In this document: piece after piece, positions 20,199 through 30,186 of the stretch | How positions within the stretch are numbered: the first letter of the stretch is position 1 | Layout: each line of letters starts with the position of its first letter | Source: Miltoncostaeaceae bacterium | Lineage (GTDB): Bacteria; Actinomycetota; Thermoleophilia; Miltoncostaeales; Miltoncostaeaceae | Direction: 5' to 3' | NCBI GenBank assembly: GCA_963819845.1 | Contig: CAWFXQ010000007.1 | Location: 55,560-119,559 of the forward strand | Length of the DNA: 64,000 nt | Notes under the pieces: model-generated | Seen by the model: the letters and a program-made list of their open reading frames with translations, nothing else | The model's database searches: none | What the model was told of the DNA's origin: nothing | Translations under genes and position numbers: made by a program

Positions 20199-22795
20199 TG
20201 GCGGTGGACACGCCGACCGAGAGGGCCCAGGAGGCGATCGCCGAGTCGGCGCGCCTGGCGGGCGACCGCGGCAACCAGGTGGTGGAGCCGGAGCACCTGC
20301 TGCTCGCGCTGCTCGACGCCCCGGAGGGCGTCGTGGAGCCCGTGCTCCAGAACGCCGGCGCCGACCTGCCGGCCCTGCGCGCCGCGGCCGTCGCGGCCAT
20401 CGAGCGCCGCGCCCAGGTGAGCGGCGCGGCGGCCGGGGCGCAGCTCTCGAACGCCTACCGGCAGGTCCTGCGCCGGGCCGGCCAGGAGGCGGAGAAGCTC
20501 TCGGACGAGTACATCTCGACGGAGCACCTGCTGCTGTCGCTGCTCGAGGAGCCGTCCCCGGCGCGCGAGGCGCTGCGCGGGGCCGGAGTCACCCGCGACG
20601 CCCTGCTCGCGGCCCTGAAGTCCGTTCGCGGCTCGGCGCGCGTCACCGACCCCAACCCGGAGGGCAAGTACCAGGCGCTCGAGCAGTACGGCCGCGACCT
20701 CACCGAGGCCGCCGAGGCCGGGAAGCTCGACCCGGTGATCGGCAGGGACGAGGAGATCCGGCGCGTCATCCAGGTGCTGTCGCGCCGCACCAAGAACAAC
20801 CCGGTGCTGATCGGCGAGCCCGGCACGGGCAAGACCGCGATCGTCGAGGGCCTGGCACAGCGCATCGTGGCCGGGGACATCCCCGAGGGGCTGGCCGGCA
20901 AGCGCGTGGTGGCCCTCGACGTCGGCGGGCTGCTGGCGGGCGCCAAGTACCGCGGCGAGTTCGAGGACCGGCTCAAGGCCGTGCTGCGCGAGATCCAGGA
21001 CGCCGCCGGGCAGGTGATCCTGTTCATCGACGAGCTCCACACCATCGTCGGCGCCGGCGCCGCCGAGGGCGCGGTGGACGCCGCCAACCTGCTCAAGCCG
21101 ATGCTGGCGCGCGGCGAGCTGCGCGCGGTGGGCGCCACGACCCTCGACGAGTACCGCAGGCACGTCGAGAAGGACGCGGCCCTGGAGCGCCGCTTCCAGC
21201 CCGTCATGGTGGGGGAGCCGTCGGTCGAGGCCACCGTCGCGATCCTGCGCGGCCTGAAGGAGCGCTACGAGGTGCACCACGGGGTGCGCATCCAGGACGG
21301 GGCCCTGGTGGCCGCCGCCCGCCTGTCGGACCGCTACATCACGGCCCGCTTCTTGCCCGACAAGGCCATCGACCTCATCGACGAGGCCGCCAGCCGCCTG
21401 CGCATCGAGATCGACTCGGTGCCGGCCGAGCTCGACGCGGTGCAGCGGCGCATCATGCAGCTCGAGATCGAGCAGCAGGCCCTGGAGGCGGAGACCGACG
21501 CCGGCTCGGCGGCCCGCCGCACGGCGATCGCGCAGGAGCTGGCCTCCCTGCGCGAGGAGGCCGACGGCATGCGCGCCCACTGGGAGCTCGAGAAGTCGAT
21601 GATCACGCGCATACGCGAGATCAAGGAGCAGATCGAGGCCGCCCGCCAGGAGCTGGAGCGCGCCCAGCGCGACAGCGACCTCGAGGGGGCGGCGCGGCTG
21701 CAGTACGGCACCCTGCCCGAGCTGGAGGGGGCCCTGGAGACCGCCAACGACGAGCTCGAGCGCCTGCAGGCGGACCGCCGGATGCTCAAGGAGGAGGTCG
21801 ACGAGGAGGACGTCGCCGAGGTCGTGGCGAGCTGGACCGGCGTGCCGGTGAGCCGCCTGATGGAGGGCGAGGTCGAGAAGCTCCTGCACATGGAGGAGCG
21901 CCTGCACGAGCGGGTCGTGGGCCAGGATGACGCGGTGAGCGCCGTGGCCAACGCCCTGCGCCGCGCGCGCGCCGGCCTCTCCGACCCCGACCGGCCGATC
22001 GGCTCGTTCCTCTTCCTCGGCCCCACCGGGGTGGGGAAGACCGAGCTCGCCCGGGCGCTGGCCGGGTTCATGTTCGACGACGAGCGCGCCATGGTCCGGA
22101 TCGACATGAGCGAGTACATGGAGCGCCACGCGGTGGCCCGCCTGATCGGCGCCCCGCCGGGCTACGTGGGGTTCGAGGAGGGCGGGCAGCTCACCGAGGC
22201 CGTCCGGCGCCGCCCCTACTCGGTGCTCCTGCTGGACGAGATCGAGAAGGCCCACCCCGACGTCTTCAACGTGCTGCTGCAGCTGCTCGACGACGGGCGC
22301 CTGACCGACGGCCAGGGCCGCATCGTGGACTTCACCAACACCGTCGTGATCATGACCAGCAACATCGGCAGCCAATTCCTGGCCGACGGGATCGACGAGG
22401 AGATCGCGGAGGAGCGCGTGCTCGGCGCCCTGCGCGACCACTTCCGCCCCGAGTTCCTCAACCGGGTCGACGAGATCGTGGTCTTCGGCCGCCTCGGCCG
22501 CGAGCAGCTCGCGGAGATCGTCGACCTCCAGGTGGCGCGGCTGCGCGACCGCCTCGCCGATCGCGGCGTCGCGCTGGAGCTGGCCCCGGCCGCGACCGAG
22601 CTCCTCGCGCGCGAGGGCTACGACCCGGCCTACGGCGCCCGGCCCCTCAAGCGGCTGGTGCAGCGGCGCATCGAGAACCCACTCGCACAGCAGATGCTGA
22701 GCGGCGCTGTGGGGCAGGGCGACCGGGTGGTGGTGGGCGCCGACGGCGACGAGCTCACGTTCGCGGTGGCCGAGCCGGCGGTGACAACCTCCTAA
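20198..22795 (+). CDS. clpB: ATP-dependent disaggregase ClpB
   Basis: 865 aa. Clp N-domain, two AAA modules (GEPGTGKT and GPTGVGKTE) and the middle coiled-coil. ATG overlaps the hspR stop (TGATG). Confidence 0.97.
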   Translation: MAVDTPTERAQEAIAESARLAGDRGNQVVEPEHLLLALLDAPEGVVEPVLQNAGADLPALRAAAVAAIERRAQVSGAAAGAQLSNAYRQVLRRAGQEAEKLSDEYISTEHLLLSLLEEPSPAREALRGAGVTRDALLAALKSVRGSARVTDPNPEGKYQALEQYGRDLTEAAEAGKLDPVIGRDEEIRRVIQVLSRRTKNNPVLIGEPGTGKTAIVEGLAQRIVAGDIPEGLAGKRVVALDVGGLLAGAKYRGEFEDRLKAVLREIQDAAGQVILFIDELHTIVGAGAAEGAVDAANLLKPMLARGELRAVGATTLDEYRRHVEKDAALERRFQPVMVGEPSVEATVAILRGLKERYEVHHGVRIQDGALVAAARLSDRYITARFLPDKAIDLIDEAASRLRIEIDSVPAELDAVQRRIMQLEIEQQALEAETDAGSAARRTAIAQELASLREEADGMRAHWELEKSMITRIREIKEQIEAARQELERAQRDSDLEGAARLQYGTLPELEGALETANDELERLQADRRMLKEEVDEEDVAEVVASWTGVPVSRLMEGEVEKLLHMEERLHERVVGQDDAVSAVANALRRARAGLSDPDRPIGSFLFLGPTGVGKTELARALAGFMFDDERAMVRIDMSEYMERHAVARLIGAPPGYVGFEEGGQLTEAVRRRPYSVLLLDEIEKAHPDVFNVLLQLLDDGRLTDGQGRIVDFTNTVVIMTSNIGSQFLADGIDEEIAEERVLGALRDHFRPEFLNRVDEIVVFGRLGREQLAEIVDLQVARLRDRLADRGVALELAPAATELLAREGYDPAYGARPLKRLVQRRIENPLAQQMLSGAVGQGDRVVVGADGDELTFAVAEPAVTTS

Positions 22796-22812
22796 AGGTC
22801 GATGGTCGACCT
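22796..22812 (+). terminator. Short hairpin immediately after the clpB stop
   Basis: AGGTCGA-TGG-TCGACCT. The stem is only 7 bp and there is no T-tract. Confidence 0.25.
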
Positions 22813-22829
22813 CCCGATGCACCCGGTGG

Positions 22830-22973
22830 ATGAATCGCGAGGTCACCATCCGGCGCCACTACCGCCGCCGCCCACGCGCCCACCGGGTTCCCGACTGGGC
22901 GCTCGCCCTCGTCATCGCCGCTGCCGGGGCCGGCGTGGCCTGGCTGAACGTGATCATCCTGTCCGCCGGCTGA
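22830..22973 (+). CDS. Possible 47-aa membrane peptide
   Basis: Translated by hand; it is below the ORF-track cutoff. Sequence: MNREVTIRRHYRRRPRAHRVPDWALALVIAAAGAGVAWLNVIILSAG. It has a basic N-terminus, one transmembrane segment and high GC3. Confidence 0.3.
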   Translation: MNREVTIRRHYRRRPRAHRVPDWALALVIAAAGAGVAWLNVIILSAG

Positions 22974-23020
22974 GCGCCCGCCGCCGAGCGGCATCGGGGC
23001 GCCGGGCGTAGCCTGACGAG

Positions 23021-23224
23021 GTGGCTCAGGGGGCTCCCCACGGACGCGCCAGCGTCCTCGCGACCCTGTCCGCGCTCGGCGCGCTCGCCCTCGCGGGCGG
23101 CGCGAGCGTGGCGGTGCAGGCCGGGGGCGCCGCGGGCTACGCCGTCTTCGCGGTGCTGATCGTGCTTGCGCTCGCCCTCGTCGGCGCCGCGGGCTACTGG
23201 TTCCGCCGGTCCCGCCCCTCCTGA
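23021..23224 (+). CDS. Small membrane/secreted protein (67 aa)
   Basis: ORF 23021..23224. Signal-like N-terminus, C-terminal transmembrane segment and a basic tail, WFRRSRPS. Confidence 0.35.
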   Translation: MAQGAPHGRASVLATLSALGALALAGGASVAVQAGGAAGYAVFAVLIVLALALVGAAGYWFRRSRPS

Positions 23225-23246
23225 CGCCGCGCGGACGGCGCCGCCG

Positions 23247-23699
23247 TCACTCCCGGGTGGCGATCAGGGCCAGGCCGCTGAGGATGCCGCCCACGGTGCC
23301 GGCCGCGGCGAGGTAGAGCCCGATCTGGCGCGAGAGGAACTCGGCGGGCTCCGGGAGGACCAGCAGGCGGTAGCCCACCAGCACGGCGGCGATCACCGAG
23401 GCGCTCACCACCACCCAGGCGACCGCGTCACCCGCGCTGGCGTCCAGGCGCAGCCCTCCGCGGGCGTCGAGCGCGGCGACGGCCGACGCGACGGCGACGA
23501 TCGCGCCCATCACGACGGAGGCCTTGGCCAGGTCGCTGGCCTCCCAGCCGGCGACGCTCGTCGGAGAGAAGGGCGGGCCGAGGTTGGTGGCGTACCAGGG
23601 CAGGAAGGCGGCGACCACGATCACGATGCCCGAGATCAGCCCCACGTAGGGCGCCCCGGCGCGATGCGGCCGGACGGCGGCCTGGCGGCGGGCGCTCAC
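23247..23699 (-). CDS. Integral membrane protein (4 TM, FLPWY motif)
   Basis: ORF 23247..23744. GTG 23699 overlaps the upstream stop (GTGA). It has the same architecture as the protein at 29765..30151 (FFPWY). Confidence 0.55.
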   Translation of the reverse strand: MSARRQAAVRPHRAGAPYVGLISGIVIVVAAFLPWYATNLGPPFSPTSVAGWEASDLAKASVVMGAIVAVASAVAALDARGGLRLDASAGDAVAWVVVSASVIAAVLVGYRLLVLPEPAEFLSRQIGLYLAAAGTVGGILSGLALIATRE

Positions 23700-23989
23700 G
23701 CCTCGGCGATCGCGACGGCGACCACGACGGGGATCCAGATGCACAGGGCGACGATCCCGCAGACCAGGCCGCCCACCGCGAGCCCGTGGCGGGAGGCGTC
23801 GCTGCGCCCCGCCGACTCGTCCTGGAAGGCCAGCGACGCCAGCGTGATGGCCAGCACGGCCCCCAGCAGGCCGACCGCGGTGACGCCCGAGACCAGGCCG
23901 AGGATCCCGAGGACGAGCGCCCAGACCGGCTTGCGCCCGCGGGCGTCGCCGGCCGCCGCGCGGGCGGGCATGGCGGGGGTCTGCTCCAT
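23696..23989 (-). CDS. DUF4190-like small membrane protein
   Basis: ORF 23696..24022. Two glycine-rich transmembrane hairpins: WALVLGILGLVSGVTAVGLLGAVLAI and GLVCGIVALCIWIPVVV. Start uncertain (23989 or 24022). Confidence 0.5.
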   Translation of the reverse strand: MEQTPAMPARAAAGDARGRKPVWALVLGILGLVSGVTAVGLLGAVLAITLASLAFQDESAGRSDASRHGLAVGGLVCGIVALCIWIPVVVAVAIAEA

Positions 23990-24027
23990 CGCCGGAAGAC
24001 TACGCGCGGCTGCTACCGTCACCGGCC

Positions 24028-24939
24028 GTGCCGCGGCGGCCGAACTTCTTCATCCTGGGCGCTCCCAAGTGCGGGACCACCGCCCTGAGCGAGTACCTGC
24101 GGGAGCACCCCCGGGCCTTCGTGTCCCAGCCCAAGGAGCCCCACTATTTCTGCGGGGACTTCGACTACTACTACGCCCCGGGCGAGCGGAGCGAGGAGCA
24201 CTACCTCCGCCTCTTCGACGCAGCGACCGACGCGCACCTGGCGGTCGGGGAGGCCTCGGTCTGGTACCTCTACTCGGCCGACGCGGCCCGCAACATCGCC
24301 GCGTTCGACCCGTCCGCGCGGGCGATCGTGATGCTGCGCAACCCGGTGGAGCTGGTGCCCTCGCTCCACTCGCAGCTGCTCTACATGCTCGACGAGGACG
24401 AGCCCGACGCGGCGCGGGCGTGGGAGCTGCAGGAGGCGCGGCGCCGGGGGGAGCACCTGCCCGAGCACGCGCGCGTGCCCGAGTTCCTGCAGTACGGGGA
24501 CGCGGCGCGCCTGGGCTCCCAGCTGCGGCGGGTCTACGAGGCGCTTCCGCGGGAGCAGGTGCTGGCGATCGTCTTCGACGACCTGCGGGCCGACACCGGG
24601 GCGGTGTACCGGCGGACCATCGAGTTCCTGGGCCTGCCCGACGACGGGCGGACCCGGTTCCCGCGCGTGAACGAGAACAAGGTCCACCGCGCCGAGGCGG
24701 TCGCGCGCTTCACCCAGCGCCCGCCCCGGCCCCTGGTGAGCGTGGCGCGGGGGGTCAAGCGGGTGACCGGGGTGGAGCGCCTGGGCGTGCTCGACCGGGT
24801 CCGCCGCGGCAACCGCCAGGTCGCCCGGCGTCCGGAGACCGACCCCGAGCTGGCGGTCGAGCTGCGGGCGTACTTCCGCGACGACGTCGGCGAGCTGGGC
24901 GAGCTGATCGGCCGCGACCTGGGCGGCTGGGTGCGCTGA
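24028..24939 (+). CDS. Sulfotransferase family protein
   Basis: 5'-PSB loop FFILGAPKCGTTAL and 3'-PB region IVMLRNPVE..PS, typical of PAPS-dependent sulfotransferases. Confidence 0.85.
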   Translation: MPRRPNFFILGAPKCGTTALSEYLREHPRAFVSQPKEPHYFCGDFDYYYAPGERSEEHYLRLFDAATDAHLAVGEASVWYLYSADAARNIAAFDPSARAIVMLRNPVELVPSLHSQLLYMLDEDEPDAARAWELQEARRRGEHLPEHARVPEFLQYGDAARLGSQLRRVYEALPREQVLAIVFDDLRADTGAVYRRTIEFLGLPDDGRTRFPRVNENKVHRAEAVARFTQRPPRPLVSVARGVKRVTGVERLGVLDRVRRGNRQVARRPETDPELAVELRAYFRDDVGELGELIGRDLGGWVR

Positions 24940-25003
24940 GCCCGCGCCGTCGCGCACGTTTCGAGAAGACGGCCGCCCGGGTGCGGCCTCGCACAGGATG
25001 GGG

Positions 25004-25039
25004 CAGGGCCACGCGAACGCGCTCGTGGCCCACGCCCTG
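25004..25039. terminator. Imperfect hairpin between convergent genes
   Basis: CAGGGCCACG-cgaacgcgct-CGTGGCC-cac-GCCCTG. It lies between the sulfotransferase stop (24939) and the stop at 25108. Confidence 0.3.
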
Positions 25040-25107
25040 GCCGCTCGGGCCACGGTGCGGCGGGTCGTCGCCTCGCAGCCCGAGGAGCGCCTTCACCCGG
25101 CCGACGG

Positions 25108-25422
25108 CTAGTCTCCCAGCCCGTACGTGCGGTTGAGCGCGGCGGAGCGCGCGTCCAGGCCGCGCAGCTCGTCGGCCGCCGCCGCGCGCGGCGCGTAGTC
25201 GCCCAGCCCGTGCATCCGGTTCAGCGCCTCGCTCCGGGCGAGCAGCCCCGCCATCCAGGACGGCGCGTCGTCGGGGAGGGCGGCCGATCGAGAGAGAGCG
25301 CTCGGCGCGGACGGGACGGCGACGGCGTCCGGCTCGCCGGCCGTCGCTCCCAGCCCCACCGCCACCGCGACGGCGACGGCCGTCGAACCCAGCATGATCG
25401 TGATCCAACGTGGCGTGTCCAT
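25108..25422 (-). CDS. Small secreted protein with internal repeat ALNR(M/T)(H/Y)GLGD
   Basis: Internal ATG of ORF 25108..25725, preceded by GGAGGAG. Signal/TM segment ITIMLGSTAVAVAVAVGLGA. Two repeats: SEALNRMHGLGDY and SAALNRTYGLGD. Confidence 0.6.
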   Translation of the reverse strand: MDTPRWITIMLGSTAVAVAVAVGLGATAGEPDAVAVPSAPSALSRSAALPDDAPSWMAGLLARSEALNRMHGLGDYAPRAAAADELRGLDARSAALNRTYGLGD

Positions 25423-25506
25423 CGTGTCTCCTCCGTTTGCCGGCGCCGGTGCCGCCGGGTCGTCCGGACCATCCGGCCCGGTGGACAGGAATCGGTCAGA
25501 CGCGGT

Positions 25507-27342
25507 ATGGAGCCGGTAATGGACGTCGAGATCCTCGGTCCGATGCAGGTTCGCGACGGCGCCGGCCGCGAGGTGCGGCTGCCCGGCGGGCGGGAGCGGG
25601 CGCTGTTCGCGCTGCTGCTGATCAGCCGCGGCGAGGTCGTCTCGGTTGACCGGATCGTGGACGCGCTCTGGGGCGAGCGCCCGCCGGAGAGCGCGGCGAA
25701 GGCGGTGCAGGGGTACGTGTCGCACCTGCGCCGCGCGCTGGAGGCCGGACCGGGCCGAGGCGCCGGCGGCGCCGTCGTCACCCGCGCCCCCGGCTATCTG
25801 CTGCGCGCCGACGCAGTCGCGCTCGACGCGGAGCGCTTCGAGCGGCTCGCCGCCGAAGGCCGGCGGGCGCTTGAGGACGGGTCGGCCGCGGAGGCGGCCG
25901 GCCTGGTGGAGGAGGCGCTCGCGCTCTGGCGCGGCCCCGCCCTGGCCGAGTTCGCCTTCGACGACTTCGCGCAGGAGGAGGTCCGCCGCCTCGAGGAGCT
26001 GCGGCTGGCGGCGACCGAGGACCGCATCGAGGCGCTCCTACGCCTCGGTCGGCACGGCGAGCTGGCCGGCGAGCTGGAGGCCCTGGTCGCGGCCCACCCG
26101 CTGCGCGAGCGCATGCGCGGCCAGGCGATGCTGGCGCTGTACCGCAGCGGCCGCCAGGCGGGCGCGCTGGCGCTCTACCGCGACTGCCGCCGCCTGCTGT
26201 CGGACGAGCTTGGGCTGGAGCCGGGCCCCGAGCTCCAGCGCCTGGAGCGCGCGATCCTGGCCCACGATCCGGCCCTCGAGGCACCGGCGGCCGCTCTGCC
26301 GCCCGTCGCCGCCCCTGCCGCTGGCCCGCCGGCGCTCCCGGCCGCGGCCCCCTCGCGCCGCCGGCGCCTGATCGCGGTCGCCGCGGTCGCGGCGGCCGCC
26401 GTCGCGGCCGCGCTGATCGCGATGGTGCTGGCGGGCGGGGGAGGGCCAGGGGCGGTGGAGGTCGCGGTGCCGTCGGTCGTCGCCGTTGACCCCGCGACGA
26501 ACCGGTTGGTCGCGTCGGTGGCGGTCGGGTCGCGGCCGGTGTCTGTCGTCGCGGGCGAGGGGGCGGTGTGGGTCGGCGACGCGCGCGACGGGACCGTGAC
26601 CCGTATCGACCCGGCCGGCCGCCGCGTGGTCACGACGATCGGCATCGGCGCCCCGGCTATCGACCTGGCCGCAGGCGAGGGGGCCGTGTGGGTCGCGACC
26701 GGCGGCTTCGGCGAGATCGTTCAGATCGACCCGCGGCTCGACGCCGCGGTCGACCGGATCGCCCTCGCCGGTCCGGGCGACCCGGTCGTGCCGCCCGCCT
26801 CGGCGGTCGGCGTCGGCGGCGGGCTGGTCTGGGCCGGGGCGTACGACGGCCTGGTGCGCATCGACCCGGGCTCGGCGCGGATCACCGGCCGGGTGGACCT
26901 CGGGCGCGCCCCGGCGATCCAGATCGCCGCGCGGGGCGGCGCGCTGTGGGCGACGACCATCCGGCGCCGCGCCAAGCGGGTGGAGACGAGCTCCGCCCAG
27001 GTGACGGCGGAGTTCTACGCGGGCGTCTTCGTCCTCCCCGTCGCCCTCGACGCGTCGGCGGCCTGGGTGGCGGCCGGCGATGACGGGCTGCTGTGGAAGC
27101 TCGATCCGGTCACGGGCGCGCCCCTGCTCACGGTGCGCGCCGGGCGGGGCGCGAACGCCATCGCTCTCGGCGCCGGCGCCGTCTGGGTGACCTCGTGGCC
27201 GGACGAGGCGCTGGTGCGAGTTGACCAGCGGACCGGGGCGGTGCTGGAGACGATCCCGGTCGGCGGTCCGCCGCAGGACGTCGCGGTGGGCGGCGGGCTC
27301 GTCTGGGTCGCCGTCGGGCCTGGGCAGCCCCTCTCCGGTTAG
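25507..27342 (+). CDS. SARP/AfsR-type regulator: winged-helix plus BTAD domain, one TM segment, C-terminal beta-propeller-like repeats
   Basis: OmpR/PhoB-type wHTH (RERALFALLLISRGEVVSVDRIVDALWG). BTAD region (LALWRGPALAEF...ALYRSGRQAGALALY). TM segment LIAVAAVAAAAVAAALIAMVLA. Repeated G.VWV......V.RIDP units follow. Confidence 0.85.
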   Translation: MEPVMDVEILGPMQVRDGAGREVRLPGGRERALFALLLISRGEVVSVDRIVDALWGERPPESAAKAVQGYVSHLRRALEAGPGRGAGGAVVTRAPGYLLRADAVALDAERFERLAAEGRRALEDGSAAEAAGLVEEALALWRGPALAEFAFDDFAQEEVRRLEELRLAATEDRIEALLRLGRHGELAGELEALVAAHPLRERMRGQAMLALYRSGRQAGALALYRDCRRLLSDELGLEPGPELQRLERAILAHDPALEAPAAALPPVAAPAAGPPALPAAAPSRRRRLIAVAAVAAAAVAAALIAMVLAGGGGPGAVEVAVPSVVAVDPATNRLVASVAVGSRPVSVVAGEGAVWVGDARDGTVTRIDPAGRRVVTTIGIGAPAIDLAAGEGAVWVATGGFGEIVQIDPRLDAAVDRIALAGPGDPVVPPASAVGVGGGLVWAGAYDGLVRIDPGSARITGRVDLGRAPAIQIAARGGALWATTIRRRAKRVETSSAQVTAEFYAGVFVLPVALDASAAWVAAGDDGLLWKLDPVTGAPLLTVRAGRGANAIALGAGAVWVTSWPDEALVRVDQRTGAVLETIPVGGPPQDVAVGGGLVWVAVGPGQPLSG

Positions 27343-28322
27343 GTCGCCCCCGGGACCTTCACCTCGCCGGCCACGATGCGGCGACGCAGGCGCTCGAGCC
27401 CGGCGCGGATCTCCGCCGGCACCCGGGGGCTCACGCGGCCCAGGCGCGCCCCCCCGGTGCGCAGGGTCAGGGTCCGGGTCCCGCCCCGGGGGAGGGTGCC
27501 GTCGCGAACCCCCCGCAGAAGCGCCACGAAACCGGTCTCGTAGTCCTTGATGACGCTCGTGAGGACGTGGGGGCCGAGGAACGACTGGTCGCTGTTGACG
27601 CCGATCCCCCAGATCCCCGCGCGCCGCGCGGCTCGCAGCGTGCCAAGGCCGCAGAAGCCGGCCACGTTGAACACCGCCCCTGCCCCGCGCGCGATCTGCG
27701 CCCGCGCGACGGCTGCGCACTTGGTCGAGTCGGTGAAGTCGCGCGAGTAGCCGGTCAGGACCGTGATGCCGCGCGACCCGGAGCGCGCGCCGGCCCGGAA
27801 CCCGACGATGAAGTCATCGACCGGCGGGGCGCTGTAGCCGCCGACGGCGCCGACGACGTCGGGGCCGGGCCGGCGCCGCTCGAGGCGGGCGGCCAGCCAG
27901 CCCGCCAGGTAGGCGGCCTCGTTGGCCCGGTGCTCGATCCCGACCACGTTACGCGGACCGCCGGGCACGCCGCTGTGCGGAGCGTCGAACACCGCGAAGC
28001 GCACGTCGGGGAACCTGGGCGCGACCGTCCCGAGCGCCTCGCTCCAGCTCGGGTCCACGATGACCAGGTCGTGCCGCCTTTGCGCCAGGAGGGACAGGGT
28101 CGCCACGGGATCCTCGCGGACGTCGGGCGACACGATGCGCCCCTCGACCCCCGTGCGGCGCAGCGCGCGGAGGAAGGGAGGGCAGAGGAACTCGATCTCC
28201 GCGCAGGAGGCGGTCACGAAGACGACCCTTGGACGGTCGCCCCCGCCTGTCTGGCCAGGGGCCGGGGTGGTCCCGCAGGCGAGGGTGAGCGCGACGAGCA
28301 GCGCGAGCGATAGCCGCCTCAT
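27339..28322 (-). CDS. BMP-family (PnrA-like) ABC-transporter substrate-binding lipoprotein
   Basis: Lipobox LTLAC, with BMP-like segments GAVGGYSAPPVDDFIVGF and IWGIGVNSDQS. No permease or ATPase genes are adjacent. Confidence 0.75.
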   Translation of the reverse strand: MRRLSLALLVALTLACGTTPAPGQTGGGDRPRVVFVTASCAEIEFLCPPFLRALRRTGVEGRIVSPDVREDPVATLSLLAQRRHDLVIVDPSWSEALGTVAPRFPDVRFAVFDAPHSGVPGGPRNVVGIEHRANEAAYLAGWLAARLERRRPGPDVVGAVGGYSAPPVDDFIVGFRAGARSGSRGITVLTGYSRDFTDSTKCAAVARAQIARGAGAVFNVAGFCGLGTLRAARRAGIWGIGVNSDQSFLGPHVLTSVIKDYETGFVALLRGVRDGTLPRGGTRTLTLRTGGARLGRVSPRVPAEIRAGLERLRRRIVAGEVKVPGAT

Positions 28323-28482
28323 GGCGTCGCCTGTGAGGGCCAGCATGTCATCTTTTGCGACGTTGTCACACCGCCACGATCGCGGCCAGCCCCGAGGGTG
28401 CGCGTCCGCGTGCGACCGGCGTCGGACTCGGCGGGTGGTACGCTCGACGCATCCCGGTGAGCCGCTCGAAGGAGCTCCGCAG

Positions 28483-28767
28483 GTGCCGACCTACATCCTC
28501 CTCAGCACGCTGAGCCCGCACGGCGTCGGGACGCTTAAGGCCAACCCCCAGCGGCTCCTGGAGGTGAACGCCGAGGTCGAGCAGATGGGGGCGAAGGTCG
28601 TGGAGCAGTGGGCGGTGCTCGGCCCCTACGACTTCGTGAACATCGTCGAGGCCCCGGACGAGAAGGTCATCGCCCGCGTCTCCGTGGAGCTGGCCGCGCG
28701 CGGGACGGCCCACTTCCAGACGCTCACGGCGATCCCCGTCGACGAGTTCCTCTCGCTGCTGAAGTGA
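28483..28767 (+). CDS. GYD domain protein
   Basis: GTG start after GAAGGAG. Sequence VPTYILLSTLSPHG...WAVLGPYDFVNIVEAPDE...TLTAIPVDEF. Confidence 0.8.
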   Translation: MPTYILLSTLSPHGVGTLKANPQRLLEVNAEVEQMGAKVVEQWAVLGPYDFVNIVEAPDEKVIARVSVELAARGTAHFQTLTAIPVDEFLSLLK

Positions 28768-28991
28768 GCTGGGCGCGCCGGCCCGGGCGCTGGCTGCTGG
28801 CGGGCGGCCTCCTGGGGCTCGCCCTCTCCCCCCAGACCCGCCGGGCGGGGATGGAGCTGCGCGCCCGCGCCGCTCGCCTGAGCCGGGGCTCGACCGACCC
28901 GGTCGGCCCGTTCCGCCAGGCGCCCTGCTACGAGCACGACCGGGCCGAGACCCGCGCCGCCGGCCCGGAGCGCACCGAGGCGGCGCCCTAG
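28764..28991 (+). CDS. Hypothetical small protein (75 aa)
   Basis: GTG overlaps the GYD stop (GTGA). One N-terminal hydrophobic segment. No family recognised. Confidence 0.35.
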   Translation: MSWARRPGRWLLAGGLLGLALSPQTRRAGMELRARAARLSRGSTDPVGPFRQAPCYEHDRAETRAAGPERTEAAP

Positions 28992-28992
28992 C

Positions 28993-29694
28993 GTGACCTG
29001 GCGCGCGGAGGTGCTGGTCCCCGCGCACCGCATCGTGCTCGCGCTGTCGGGCGGCGAGGTGCTCGAGCTGCGCGGGTCGAGCACCTTCGGGACCTTCGGC
29101 GCCTACCGCGCGCTGCCCGGCGCCGTGCACGGGATGATCGCCTGGCCGAACACGGTCCTGCTGACCGGGCCGGAGGCCGTGGTCGTCGACCCGGGCTACC
29201 AGACGCAGGGCGACATGCTCGCCGCGGCGCTGTCGGCGCGGGGCCTGGCGCCCGGCGACGTCCGCACGGTGCTGGCGACGCACCTCCACTCGGACCACGT
29301 CTCGGCCCTCCCCCAGCTCGGCGAGGTCGAGCTGCACGTGCACGAGGCCGAGCTGGAGACGCCCCACGCCCGCGCCGGCCGCGGGTGGCGCGACCGGGCC
29401 GCCGAGCGCCCCTTCTCGGGCGCCGCCGGGCAGGTGCTGCCGGGCATCCGGTGGATCCACACCCCGGGGCACACCGACGGGCACGTCGCGTTCCTGGTCG
29501 ATACGGGCGACGGCGTTGTGGCGATCGCGGGCGACACGCCCGGCGCGGACCCGTCCTGGTTCGCCGAGGACCGGCTGCCCGAGGACCACCCCCGGCGCGA
29601 CGAGCACCTGGCCGCCTTCCGGGCGATCCGGGGGTCCGGGGCCGTCCGGATGATCCCCGGGCACACGCCGCCGGCGCCGATCGCGCCCGCCTGA
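28993..29694 (+). CDS. MBL-fold metallo-hydrolase
   Basis: Motifs THLHSDH, ...HTPGHTDGH..., ...GD... and a terminal ...PGH. Confidence 0.8.
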   Translation: MTWRAEVLVPAHRIVLALSGGEVLELRGSSTFGTFGAYRALPGAVHGMIAWPNTVLLTGPEAVVVDPGYQTQGDMLAAALSARGLAPGDVRTVLATHLHSDHVSALPQLGEVELHVHEAELETPHARAGRGWRDRAAERPFSGAAGQVLPGIRWIHTPGHTDGHVAFLVDTGDGVVAIAGDTPGADPSWFAEDRLPEDHPRRDEHLAAFRAIRGSGAVRMIPGHTPPAPIAPA

Positions 29695-29764
29695 CCGGCA
29701 GGGGAGCCCGCGCGGGGCGTCGAACAGGGCACCGTCCGCCGACGGCACCGAAGGAGACCCCCAG

Positions 29765-30151
29765 ATGAGATCGATCACCCGCGAGCACAGGATGCTCGGC
29801 GCCGCGGGGGCGAACGTCCTCTTCATCATCAGCCTCTTCTTCCCCTGGTACGGGGTCGCCGACTTCGACTTCAACGGCGAGGACGTCATCCCGTCGTGGT
29901 GGCTGATGCTGATCTTCGCCGCCCTCGCGGCGCTGATCCTGGCCGCCGACGCCTACAACTTCGAGCTGCCCGCCATCGTGCACCCCGGCCTCTGGGCCGC
30001 CTACATGACCAGCGTGACCTTCGTCGTCACCCTGATGGTCTTCCTGGACGGCGATGCCGGCAGCCGCAAGTTCGGGGTATGGCTCGCCCTCATCTTCTCG
30101 CTCGCCGCGACCGTGCTCGTGGCCCTGCACGCCCGTGAGGAGGCGCGTTAG
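29765..30151 (+). CDS. Integral membrane protein (4 TM, FFPWY motif)
   Basis: ORF 29765..30151. Architecture resembles the protein at 23247..23699. Confidence 0.6.
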   Translation: MRSITREHRMLGAAGANVLFIISLFFPWYGVADFDFNGEDVIPSWWLMLIFAALAALILAADAYNFELPAIVHPGLWAAYMTSVTFVVTLMVFLDGDAGSRKFGVWLALIFSLAATVLVALHAREEAR

Positions 30152-30186
30152 ACTCGCGCATCGCATCTCAGGGAAGGGAGCGGCCC

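Noticed and set aside
20147-22849. 900-aa ORF antisense to clpB. Similar long shadow ORFs are 15591..17447 opposite dnaK, 43054..45360 opposite lon, 1321..3978, 35220..38363 and 48885..51272.
   Set aside because: These are typical high-GC shadow ORFs. Their translations are Arg/Gly/Pro/Ala low-complexity with no family motifs, while the opposite strand encodes unmistakable conserved proteins.
27339-28322. Complete nucleoside ABC transporter locus
   Set aside because: Only the BMP-type binding lipoprotein is present. No permease or ATPase genes flank it.
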